Below, one piece after another: positions 1 to 7,825 of a stretch of 64,000 bases of DNA. The notes below the pieces were generated by a model. That model was not told the origin of the DNA, ran no database searches, and saw nothing but the letters and a program-made list of their open reading frames with translations. Within the stretch, counting starts at the first letter, position 1; every line of letters starts with the position of its first letter. The position numbers were made by a program, and so were the translations under genes. The stretch comes from a candidate division CPR2 bacterium GW2011_GWC2_39_35 (GTDB lineage Bacteria; Patescibacteriota; CPR2), in contig LBWX01000001.1 of NCBI GenBank assembly GCA_000995065.1, positions 223,563-287,562 of the forward strand, read 5' to 3'.

Positions 1-1
1 T

Positions 2-1030
2 ACTCCGCAAGACGAAGCGGCAGCCGAAAAACTGCGAAAGCTAAATAAACCATGCATACTTATAGTAAATAAGGTAGATAATCCGGAAATAGAGAAGGAG
101 TTGTCAGAGTTCTATTCATTGGGCCTTGGCGAACCGTATCCGGTTTCTGCTATTCACGGCAGAGGAATCGGGGACTTTTTAGATAAGCTAATAAAAGATC
201 TAAAATCAATTGCTGGCAAAAAAATCGAGATACCGGACGCTGATATTTCCATTGCCCTAGTGGGTAGGCCAAATGTAGGAAAATCATCCATTATTAACCA
301 GATATCGGGCCAAAAAAGGGCAATTGTATCAGACATTCCGGGAACAACCAGGGATATTAATATTATTTATGACCAGATTGATGACCTAAAAACAAAGATT
401 ATCGATACCGCCGGCATAAGAAGAAGAGGGAAGATAGGAACAGGAATAGAGAAATTTAGCGTTTTAAGGGCTTTTAAGGCGGTTGACAGCTCCGACACCA
501 CCCTTTTGATACTTGACGCCACAGAAGGCGTTGTAGCCCAGGATCTGCATATTGCCGGCTTTACCAAAGATCTGGGAAAGGGCCTAATCATTATTGTTAA
601 CAAATGGGACCTCATAGAAAAAGACGAAAAAACTATGGATAAATATCTAGCTATGCTTAGAAGCAAGTTCGATTTTGTTTATTTTGCTCCGGTGATATTT
701 GCCTCAGCCTTAACGGGTAAAAATATTGATAAAATTGGACCGCTAGTTAAGCATATTTTTGACGAACAGAATAAAAAGATCTCGACAAGTAAAATCAATT
801 CCCTTATTGAGAAATTGATCCTGAAAAGACCGCCGGGAATGAAAAGAGGAATCCGACCCAAGCTTTTTTACACCACGCAAACAGGTGTTAAGCCACCAAC
901 TTTTACTATTTTCTCGAACCACCCGGAAATGATACACTTTTCTTATATGAGATATTTAGAGAACAATTTTAGAGCCGAATTTGGTTTTGACGGCACACCG
1001 ATAAAGTTTATCTTAAAGGAGAGAGCTTAA
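2..1030 (+). CDS. der: Ribosome biogenesis GTPase Der/EngA (5' truncated by window edge)
   Basis: Open frame from base 2 (…ILIVNKVD…SAIHGRG). Second GTPase domain has GRPNVGKSS, GTTRD, DTAG and NKWD, followed by a KH-like C-terminus (FGFDGTPI). Confidence 0.97.
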   Translation, partial: TPQDEAAAEKLRKLNKPCILIVNKVDNPEIEKELSEFYSLGLGEPYPVSAIHGRGIGDFLDKLIKDLKSIAGKKIEIPDADISIALVGRPNVGKSSIINQISGQKRAIVSDIPGTTRDINIIYDQIDDLKTKIIDTAGIRRRGKIGTGIEKFSVLRAFKAVDSSDTTLLILDATEGVVAQDLHIAGFTKDLGKGLIIIVNKWDLIEKDEKTMDKYLAMLRSKFDFVYFAPVIFASALTGKNIDKIGPLVKHIFDEQNKKISTSKINSLIEKLILKRPPGMKRGIRPKLFYTTQTGVKPPTFTIFSNHPEMIHFSYMRYLENNFRAEFGFDGTPIKFILKERA

Positions 1031-1584
1031 TGATTGTGTTAGTAGGCCTTGGAAATCCAGGCAGAAAATACGTGAATACAAGACATAATGTTGGTTTCCA
1101 ATTTTTAGATTATTTGGCCAGAGAGGAGCGAACTGACTTTGTTTTAAATAAATACTTTAACGCCGAGATTGCCAGAACCACCATTAAGGATCAGGATATC
1201 TTTATGGTTAAGCCTCAGTCATTTATGAACTTGTCCGGCGCCAGTGTTCAGGGAGTAATAAGCTACTTTCATGTGCCGGTTGATAAGGTTTGGGTAATTT
1301 ACGATGATGTCGACTTGGACCTTGAAACAATACGAGTGAGAAAAGAGGGCTCTTCTGGGGGGCACAAGGGTCTGCAATCTATTATTGATTGTCTTGGAAG
1401 CGCTGCCATTCCTAGGTTTAGAATTGGAGTTAAGACAAAAGCTTTGGAAAAAATTCCCACCGAGAAATATGTCCTTCAGAAATTTTCGCCGGAAGAACAA
1501 AGGACTATCGATAAGGTATTAGAAAAGACAAGAGAGCTTATTCTTAAAGCTCTAAAAGAGGGGATTGCGGACGTCAGCAAGTGA
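1030..1584 (+). CDS. pth: Peptidyl-tRNA hydrolase
   Basis: GLGNPG…TRHNVGF, KPQSFMNLSG and GSSGGHKG motifs. Confidence 0.97.
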   Translation: MIVLVGLGNPGRKYVNTRHNVGFQFLDYLAREERTDFVLNKYFNAEIARTTIKDQDIFMVKPQSFMNLSGASVQGVISYFHVPVDKVWVIYDDVDLDLETIRVRKEGSSGGHKGLQSIIDCLGSAAIPRFRIGVKTKALEKIPTEKYVLQKFSPEEQRTIDKVLEKTRELILKALKEGIADVSK

Positions 1585-1585
1585 G

Positions 1586-1622
1586 ATGGGTTAATTGGTT
1601 AATGGGTAAATAGGTGATAGGA
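1586..1622. repeat. Degenerate 8-nt tandem repeat (ATKGGTWA-like)
   Basis: atgggtta attggtta atgggtaa ataggtga tagg immediately after the pth stop. Confidence 0.6.
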
Positions 1623-1684
1623 TATTTAAAGATTTTTTATATTTATAAAGCGATCTATGTATATAGCACAGAAATCAGAAACAA

Positions 1685-1922
1685 AGAAAAAACCCGACTT
1701 ACGCCGGGTTTTTTCCGAGTTTGCAAAGGCCTCCCAAATTGCAACAACTGTCGGTTTGACTTGATCTGCCTCTAGTATAATACTAGGCAGACGTGTTGCT
1801 GGGAGAACATTACTAACGAGTGGCCTTAAGGAGGGTGGTTAAGGTCCCGCTCGTTAGTAGGGTTCTCCAAACAACTTTGACCCTTGAAACTTTTTAAAAG
1901 ATATCGGTTACTAATTAATCGA
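1685..1922 (-). ncRNA. Unclassified structured ncRNA candidate (~230 nt)
   Basis: Two sigma70-type promoters upstream and a terminator downstream, with no ORF. Ends pair (GTTTCAAGGGTC/GGCCTTTGCAAAC). Long hairpin at 1795-1875 has loop CCACCCTCC; second hairpin at 1765-1791. Confidence 0.7.
1687..1714 (-). terminator. Intrinsic terminator (best on minus strand, probably bidirectional)
   Basis: Minus strand reads AAAAAACCCGGC-GTAA-GTCGGGTTTTTT: GNRA loop, G-U pair and U-tract. Confidence 0.85.
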
Positions 1923-1928
1923 CTAGTT

Positions 1929-1957
1929 ATATTATCATATTTTTGTTTTCTTGTCAA
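1929..1957 (-). promoter_or_regulatory. Sigma70-type promoter P2 of the ncRNA candidate
   Basis: TTGACA-17 nt-TAATAT with an upstream A-tract. Confidence 0.75.
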
Positions 1958-1999
1958 GCACTTTTTTATTTACCAACCGTAACAACCGGTCGACGTAGC

Positions 2000-2028
2000 A
2001 TATTATCAAACTTTCGCTTTATTGTCAA
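2000..2028 (-). promoter_or_regulatory. Sigma70-type promoter P1 of the ncRNA candidate
   Basis: TTGACA-17 nt-TAATAT, 71 bp upstream of P2, with an upstream A-tract. Confidence 0.75.
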
Positions 2029-2211
2029 GTGTTTTTTTAAAGCCCCGTTAAAAAAGGTCTTTTTTTAAATAGAAATTGAAAAATAGAATTGAAGTATCTA
2101 AGATTATATTCTTAGTTAGAAACCAGAACTTTCACAGCTACCGGATAGAGCACCATAACCAGCAAAACATCATAATTAGAAAACACTCAGTTCTGTTTTA
2201 AAAGAGTACAC

Positions 2212-2258
2212 AAAAAAAATTGCCTTCTGTTCAAGTTAGACTTGTAACAGAAGGCAAT
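2212..2258 (-). terminator. Intrinsic terminator after the amidase-SLT operon
   Basis: ATTGCCTTCTGTT…AACAGAAGGCAAT stem followed by a T-run on the minus strand. Confidence 0.85.
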
Positions 2259-2278
2259 CTAAGCCCCGAGTAATCGAT

Positions 2279-2827
2279 TTAGAGCCTAGTAGTAACGCCT
2301 TCTAGCGTTTTCTTTAATCGCAATGCGTTATCCTCCAATTGGTGACACTCCATGATTTCTTGTTCAATCTCCGGGATAGCATTAGTAAGAACGGTGTTGC
2401 TTTGTTCAGCACTGTCTTTTCGTGCTTTGACGCGACTTCTTTGTTCTTGGACTTTTGCCGTAACAAGCAAATGATTTTTTTCCGCCATAAACTCGGCAAT
2501 AAACTGCTTCTTAAGAGCAGGCAAGGCCTTCTTTATGTCTAATATCTTTGCATTTGCATAGGCTTCGGCTTCATCCTCCAGCTTCCTAAGCATCTTAAGC
2601 TCGTTGTCTTCGGCGGCCCGCTTGAGCGTTTCTCGTGAACGATAGCGATTTATAACAACAACAAGCAGTACTATCACGATCGGAATTAAAAAGATCGCAA
2701 TATTTGTCGCCATCGCTTTTGTAGAAATAGCGGCTTCAGCGGCTTTTTGAGCAGTACCGGTATCAACCAAAACGGAAGACGGAACTGCGCCCAAAACGAA
2801 CCTTCTTAAATACTCTTTCATTTCCAA
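2279..2827 (-). CDS. Hypothetical single-pass membrane protein with coiled-coil C-terminus
   Basis: Hydrophobic segment IAIFLIPIVIVLLVVVI followed by a charged helical region. Starts 9 bp after the hydrolase gene with an AAAGGGTG RBS-like sequence. Confidence 0.75.
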   Translation of the reverse strand: MEMKEYLRRFVLGAVPSSVLVDTGTAQKAAEAAISTKAMATNIAIFLIPIVIVLLVVVINRYRSRETLKRAAEDNELKMLRKLEDEAEAYANAKILDIKKALPALKKQFIAEFMAEKNHLLVTAKVQEQRSRVKARKDSAEQSNTVLTNAIPEIEQEIMECHQLEDNALRLKKTLEGVTTRL

Positions 2828-2836
2828 ACACCCTTT

Positions 2837-3973
2837 CTAGTCCTTATTAGACATTTCTTCTGCAGATTCCTGAAGTGCGATCTTGATTTTGTGCACGTAT
2901 TGAAGCGTCTCCTTATAGGGAGGCACTTTGCCGTATTTAACAACGGCTCCCGGGCCAGCATTATAAGCAGCAAGTGCTAAACTTGAATAGCCGAAAGTTT
3001 CAACTTGCTCTGACAAATAGTTAGCAGCAGCATCAAGCTGGATATCCGGACTGTCTTTATAAGCTGACAAGTCATACTTATTCCCATTCGCGTCTTTCAT
3101 GTTCGCGAGTGTACTCGGCATAACTTGACCAAGACCTAATGCTCCTGATCGCGATCTTGCTTTATAATTCCAACTACTCTCCTTTGACACAAGTTGTTCG
3201 AGTAAAGCAGGGGAGACGCCATACCTAACAGCCTTCCTGTTTACTATCTCAGAATAATACTCGTTGTCCGTCTTTGTCTTTAGCTCCAGCAAATAAGTGT
3301 CAATGTCGTAGGCGTATGCCCAGAGCCGATACCAGGGAAAATTCCTAGCCGGATCTACTTTCCGCCCCTTTGGCCTCGCTGCACGACGATGACTTATCAC
3401 GTTACCTCTTGGAACATCATACTTTTGAGCAATCCACGCAGCACTCTTAATTTGTTCGTCAGTATATGGATCGTATCCGTTACCTAAATTAACAAATTCA
3501 ACACCTATAGTGCTAGTGTTATTAAAGCGCGAATTACTAACGTCACCTGCATGATTTGCTTTGTACCAAGGCGGAACAATGACATAGATCGTCCCATCTT
3601 TGTCGATAAGATAATTGCACGAGATCTTGCTTTCGGTCAGCCACTTTTGGGAGGATTTAAGATCGCCGGCAGTATGATGTAACATCATTCTGTCTGGAAC
3701 CTTCCGCCTCATCGCATTAAGATTGCCTGTCTGCCTGATTTCAACATTAAGTTTCTGCTGAAACCTCTTATTTACAGCCATCACAATCCGTGGCTCACGC
3801 ACCTTCTCTTCTGGACCTTGTGCAATATCAGTTATTCCAACCCGATCACCAACTTCTTTAAGCACATCTATTACTACTGAAGCGTCGATCATTGCACTAA
3901 ACCAGATACAAAGCACCAGGGCTACCAAAAGACACTTAAGCAGCTTTTCAGGTATATTCCTAATGTTTTTCAC
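2837..3973 (-). CDS. Membrane-anchored/secreted N-acetylmuramoyl-L-alanine amidase (Amidase_2) fused to an SLT lytic transglycosylase
   Basis: N-terminal hydrophobic helix. Amidase motifs LHHTA, NYLIDKDG, HAG, IGVEF, SHR…RKVDP. SLT motifs ESSWN…SRSGALGLGQVMP and ALAAYNAGPGAV…PPYKETLQYV. GGAGGAGG RBS. Confidence 0.92.
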   Translation of the reverse strand: MKNIRNIPEKLLKCLLVALVLCIWFSAMIDASVVIDVLKEVGDRVGITDIAQGPEEKVREPRIVMAVNKRFQQKLNVEIRQTGNLNAMRRKVPDRMMLHHTAGDLKSSQKWLTESKISCNYLIDKDGTIYVIVPPWYKANHAGDVSNSRFNNTSTIGVEFVNLGNGYDPYTDEQIKSAAWIAQKYDVPRGNVISHRRAARPKGRKVDPARNFPWYRLWAYAYDIDTYLLELKTKTDNEYYSEIVNRKAVRYGVSPALLEQLVSKESSWNYKARSRSGALGLGQVMPSTLANMKDANGNKYDLSAYKDSPDIQLDAAANYLSEQVETFGYSSLALAAYNAGPGAVVKYGKVPPYKETLQYVHKIKIALQESAEEMSNKD

Positions 3974-4093
3974 CTCCTCCTAATCACCAAAAAGAACTAT
4001 TTTACTTTTAATGTGCATGCTAGAACTATTTCCAGCAGCCGAAGCGACCTACTCGAGGTGAAGCCAGTAGGCCGTTTCGACGGCTCGAAGATT

Positions 4094-4119
4094 AAAAACA
4101 AAAAAGACCCGAGCGGGTC
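4094..4119 (-). terminator. Riboswitch expression-platform terminator
   Basis: Minus strand GACCC-GCTC-GGGTC followed by TTTTTTGTTTTT, downstream of the aptamer and upstream of the hydrolase gene. Confidence 0.75.
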
Positions 4120-4154
4120 AAGTGGTGATACAAAAGAAAATTTGTACAAAAAAA

Positions 4155-4229
4155 TGCGACCGGTTTCACCACTAGCTCCCCGTGACCATAAGGTGACCAA
4201 ATAATAGGTCACGGATCGAAGCTTCCGCT
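4155..4229 (-). promoter_or_regulatory. c-di-GMP-II riboswitch aptamer
   Basis: Minus strand GCGGAAGC-TTCGAT-CCGTGACC-TATTATT-TGGTCAC-CTTAT-GGTCACGG-GGAGCT-AGTGGTGAAACCGGTCGC matches class-II architecture: GGAA, kink-turn GA/GAG, long P3, and pseudoknot TGGTCAC with GTGA-A-ACC. Confidence 0.85.
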
Positions 4230-4298
4230 TTATCCTGCGGGATATTTGCATATCCGTAAGGGATAAAATAATTCTAATTTAAAGTTGTTAACACCGCT

Positions 4299-4327
4299 AT
4301 TTTAACATTTGGTTGTTTATGTGTCAA
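4299..4327 (-). promoter_or_regulatory. Sigma70 promoter for the riboswitch/hydrolase operon
   Basis: TTGACA-17 nt-TAAAAT with TGn extension. Confidence 0.8.
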
Positions 4328-4357
4328 TAGTTTTCCTGAACCATTTCCTGAACCATT

Positions 4358-4506
4358 CCTGAACCACCCTCACTTTTTTGTCATCCCCGTGAATACTTAG
4401 GATCCAGAAGGCTTGGGGACATAGTGAGCTTCCCGGATTCCCGCCTGCTCGGGAATGACAACTAGCGTTACTTTTCTTGTTTTTTAAAAAGTGAGGGTGG
4501 TTCAGG
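4358..4506. repeat. MITE/REP-like palindromic element, copy 1
   Basis: 21-bp perfect terminal inverted repeat (CCTGAACCACCCTCACTTTTT) around a GTCATTCCCG…CGGGAATCC…GGATCC…CGGGGATGAC core (minus strand). Preceded by tandem TTCCTGAACCA x3 at 4332-4366. Confidence 0.85.
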
Positions 4507-4537
4507 GTTTTTTCTCGGTAATTCCTCACAACCCCCT

Positions 4538-4574
4538 CGTCACTCAGAGAAGTTCAGACGACGAAGCAATCTCT
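4538..4574 (+). repeat. Degenerate CGTCA…GAAGCAATCT palindromic-repeat half element
   Basis: cgtcactcagagaagttcagacgacgaagcaatctc resembles the GTCATTGCGAG…GAAGCAATCT repeat family. Confidence 0.45.
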
Positions 4575-4655
4575 ATTTGATTTGCAAACAGAATACGGCT
4601 ATAGACGTGAAGAGAGGGCCTTCGGTTGAAGACCCTCCTGGGGTAAGCGTTGCTG

Positions 4656-4853
4656 TTATTTCTTGTATGTTAGGTCCCATGCGTCTCGCATGGAAATAAA
4701 TCCGCCCTCACTTTCTACTTCCTTTTGAATTTTTATCGCCTCCCTATGACGATCCATTTCCTCCTTATCTCTTGCAGCCAGAGCGGCAAGAGAAAGATGT
4801 ATTACTACTGCAATCGCAGCAATAATTACGACGGCGTTCATCAGCTTTTTCAT
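4656..4853 (-). CDS. Small hypothetical membrane/secreted protein
   Basis: Likely start MKKLMNAVVIIAA after an AAGGGGGAA RBS. Hydrophobic N-terminus; hairpin at ~4614-4637 downstream. Confidence 0.6.
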   Translation of the reverse strand: MKKLMNAVVIIAAIAVVIHLSLAALAARDKEEMDRHREAIKIQKEVESEGGFISMRDAWDLTYKK

Positions 4854-5035
4854 AAAAGATTCCCCCTTGAAAGTTTGAGTTTTACAGTGAACGGCTGATT
4901 CGAACCTAATCCCCATTTATTAAATAACAGACAGCAACTTACCCTCTGTCTCTTAATGAGATGAAAATACACTACCACAAAAAACCAAATATGTCAATAC
5001 TATTTTAACCGAGCGATTTGTAATATATTGGTTTA

Positions 5036-6106
5036 ATGGATGACGAAGACCTAAAATATTGGCTTGCAATAGACAAAACTCAAATTATAGGGCCCAAGAG
5101 GATGCCAATATTGTTGGAATATTTTAAAGAAGTTAAAAACATATGGGAAGCACCGGAACAAGAACTCTTAAGGGTCGGTCTCAACAGGACTACTGCCAAA
5201 CTTTTTCTCGAAAAAAAGAGAACAATCTGTCCAGATAAACTGCTACCCATCTTAGAAAAATTAAAAGTAAAACCCATCACCCTTAATAATCCGGATTATC
5301 CCATTTTACTAAAACATATCCCTGATCCACCGATAGTTATCTATATTAGAGGGAATACTAATCTGAATGTAGAAGGAGTCGGCATTGTCGGCACCAGGAA
5401 AGCGACTAATTATGGCCATTCTATTGCCTTCGAATTTGCCAGAGAGATATCTAAATATGGCATATCTATAAACTCCGGCCTTGCCATCGGTATCGATTCC
5501 TACTCCCATAAAGGCGCCTTAGATTCTAAAGGCAGAACCATTGCCGTTCTAGGGTCGAGCATTGACCGCATCTACCCGGCGGTAAATTTCCAAATCGCTC
5601 AAAAAATTCTAGGACATGAGGGCTCCATTATTTCCGAATATCCGCCTGGCACTCCCGGAGGAAAATACCAGTTCGTGGGTAGAAATCGGATTATTGCCGG
5701 ACTCTCTAAGGGCGTTCTTGTAGTGGAAGCACCCGAAAAATCGGGCGCCTTAATTACCGCCGACTTCGCCCTGGAACAGGGAAGAGAAGTCTACGCTATT
5801 CCGGGAGATATTTTAAACAAAAATTCCATTGGACCCAATAATTTAATAAAAAATGGCGCCAAGATAGTTACCAAAGCTCTAGATATCTTGGAAGACTTTG
5901 ATATCAAAGAGAATGAAAAAGCATCGATAAACCTTTCCGAGCTAGAAGAGAGGATTTTAGAATGCTTAAACGAGCCCAAAGGCATTAACGAGATCGTCAA
6001 AGAATTGAGCTTGAATGTTACGGATATTGGATCTCAAATGACCCTTATGGAGCTTGACGGCTTAGTTACAAACCGAGGCGGCTCGATGTATTCCAAAAAT
6101 ATCTAG
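5036..6106 (+). CDS. dprA: DNA-processing protein DprA
   Basis: IVGTR, SGLAIGID, RNRIIAGLS and SGALITA motifs with a C-terminal winged helix; upstream of topA. Confidence 0.96.
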   Translation: MDDEDLKYWLAIDKTQIIGPKRMPILLEYFKEVKNIWEAPEQELLRVGLNRTTAKLFLEKKRTICPDKLLPILEKLKVKPITLNNPDYPILLKHIPDPPIVIYIRGNTNLNVEGVGIVGTRKATNYGHSIAFEFAREISKYGISINSGLAIGIDSYSHKGALDSKGRTIAVLGSSIDRIYPAVNFQIAQKILGHEGSIISEYPPGTPGGKYQFVGRNRIIAGLSKGVLVVEAPEKSGALITADFALEQGREVYAIPGDILNKNSIGPNNLIKNGAKIVTKALDILEDFDIKENEKASINLSELEERILECLNEPKGINEIVKELSLNVTDIGSQMTLMELDGLVTNRGGSMYSKNI

Positions 6107-6152
6107 AACTAAGCCATTGTGTTAAAACCACTTTAGCTTTAATATTAAATTT

Positions 6153-6893
6153 ATGAAAATCAAATTTCTAGGAACAAGCTCTGCCTTGCCGCTACCAAGA
6201 ATTAACTGTCAAGGAAGACAAATTTGCCTGTCAAAAGACCCCAAAGATCAGCGGCTTAGATCGAGCCTTCTTATTGATAATCGAATACTCGTAGATTGCG
6301 GACCGGATGTTTACACGCAGCTTCTCCGCGCCGGCATGCCCGTTATCGAAGCAATTATTTTTACTCATAGACACGGCGACCATATAAATGGATTCAAGCT
6401 GAATTTTAAAGAACCGCAAACCGCAGAAGTAAAACTTTACGGACCAAAGGAAGTCTTTAAGCGAATTAGAAACGAATATAAGTTTAAGAATTCGGCCCAT
6501 ATATATAAGAATGGGGAAGCGTTGGATTTTGACGCCTTTACCGTAAATCCGCTAAAGATTGATCACGAGGGACTGGATAATTACGGTCTCCTAATATCAA
6601 CGAACAAAAGACTTTTTTACGCGCCGGACATCGAAGCAATCCCAAAAATAACGCTAGAAGTAATAAAAGAGGCCGATATCTTGGTTGTCGACGGTTCTAT
6701 ACTAAATGGGCCGCATTACGGACATATTGGAATCGACCGTCTCTTAGAGATAATAAAACCCTTAAATAAGGAAACTTACTTTACTCATATTGGCATAGGA
6801 AATCCACCTCACAAAGAGCTGGTTAAGTACGTAAAGGAGAAAGGTGGAGACAATTTTAACGTTGCCTTTGATGGCATGGAGCTAGAAATATGA
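6153..6893 (+). CDS. MBL-fold metallo-hydrolase (PhnP/YycJ-like)
   Basis: FLGT, DCGPD and THRHGDH motifs. Confidence 0.88.
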   Translation: MKIKFLGTSSALPLPRINCQGRQICLSKDPKDQRLRSSLLIDNRILVDCGPDVYTQLLRAGMPVIEAIIFTHRHGDHINGFKLNFKEPQTAEVKLYGPKEVFKRIRNEYKFKNSAHIYKNGEALDFDAFTVNPLKIDHEGLDNYGLLISTNKRLFYAPDIEAIPKITLEVIKEADILVVDGSILNGPHYGHIGIDRLLEIIKPLNKETYFTHIGIGNPPHKELVKYVKEKGGDNFNVAFDGMELEI

Positions 6894-7810
6894 TTCACTA
6901 TTATCCATTCAGGAAGGGCTACAAAAAACATCCTTATCTCGGAATTACTTATGCTGTTTCGGCAATGCTTGCCGGCTCTATTGCAACTGTGATTATAAAA
7001 TTCTTTAATCACATTCCCAGCCTCCAGATTACCGCTTATTGGCTTTTTATCGGCTCCTTAATTTCTTTAACACTTAACTATTTTAAAGATAGGGAAACGA
7101 AAGTGCTTAAAATTATCAAAAAAAAGCCGAGGTTGCTAATATTACAAACCGTAACTGCTACTTTATCAGCTTTTTTCTTTGTAAATGCCATAAGCCTCTT
7201 AAATCCATCGACTGCAATTTTCGTTTACTCAACAACATTTATTGTAGCCTGCACCTTAATCGGCAAATATTCGTTTGACGATAAATTATCAAAAATCCAA
7301 TATTTTTCCATGTTCGGAGCCTTAGCCGGCCTAACCATTATTACTAAAGATAATTTAGTCGTAAATTCCAACTCTGGATTTATCTCCATCTTTTTAGCCG
7401 CCATCTCGCTCAGTATTAGCGGTTCTATCGTAAAAAAGCATTTTACTCCCGAAGAAACCTTTTCTCTAAACTCACTTAGGAGCTTCTTGGGTGGCGGCTT
7501 CTTATTATTATTAGCTTTGCTCTTACAAGAACCGGTCTTTCCATCGATATCAGCACTCCCGTTATTTTTATTAGGTTTGATGCTCGCTAATGTGATTCAA
7601 TACTCATTTCAATACAAAGCTTATGATTTAGAAAAACTGGAAGTTGTTTCTATTATCGATTCAATGAGGCCTTTTATTGTGCTTATCTTAGCCTTCTTTT
7701 TTTTACAAATTATGCCTAAGGGAACCGAAATTCTAGGCGGAATTATCATGATTGTTTCCGCTTCTTTGTTAATCTTAGGTAATAAAAAACTTGACGAAAT
7801 CGAAAATTAA
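6890..7810 (+). CDS. DMT/EamA family transporter
   Basis: About 10 TM helices in two repeats. Confidence 0.8.
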   Translation: MIHYYPFRKGYKKHPYLGITYAVSAMLAGSIATVIIKFFNHIPSLQITAYWLFIGSLISLTLNYFKDRETKVLKIIKKKPRLLILQTVTATLSAFFFVNAISLLNPSTAIFVYSTTFIVACTLIGKYSFDDKLSKIQYFSMFGALAGLTIITKDNLVVNSNSGFISIFLAAISLSISGSIVKKHFTPEETFSLNSLRSFLGGGFLLLLALLLQEPVFPSISALPLFLLGLMLANVIQYSFQYKAYDLEKLEVVSIIDSMRPFIVLILAFFFLQIMPKGTEILGGIIMIVSASLLILGNKKLDEIEN

Positions 7811-7825
7811 AATATCCTTATACTT

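Noticed and set aside
2279-3973. Prophage lysis module
   Set aside because: No phage structural, integrase or replication genes nearby; the operon has a host-type promoter, riboswitch and terminator.
3997-4529. ORFs 3997-4251, 4013-4204 and 4317-4529
   Set aside because: They overlap the riboswitch and the palindromic repeat and are probably spurious.
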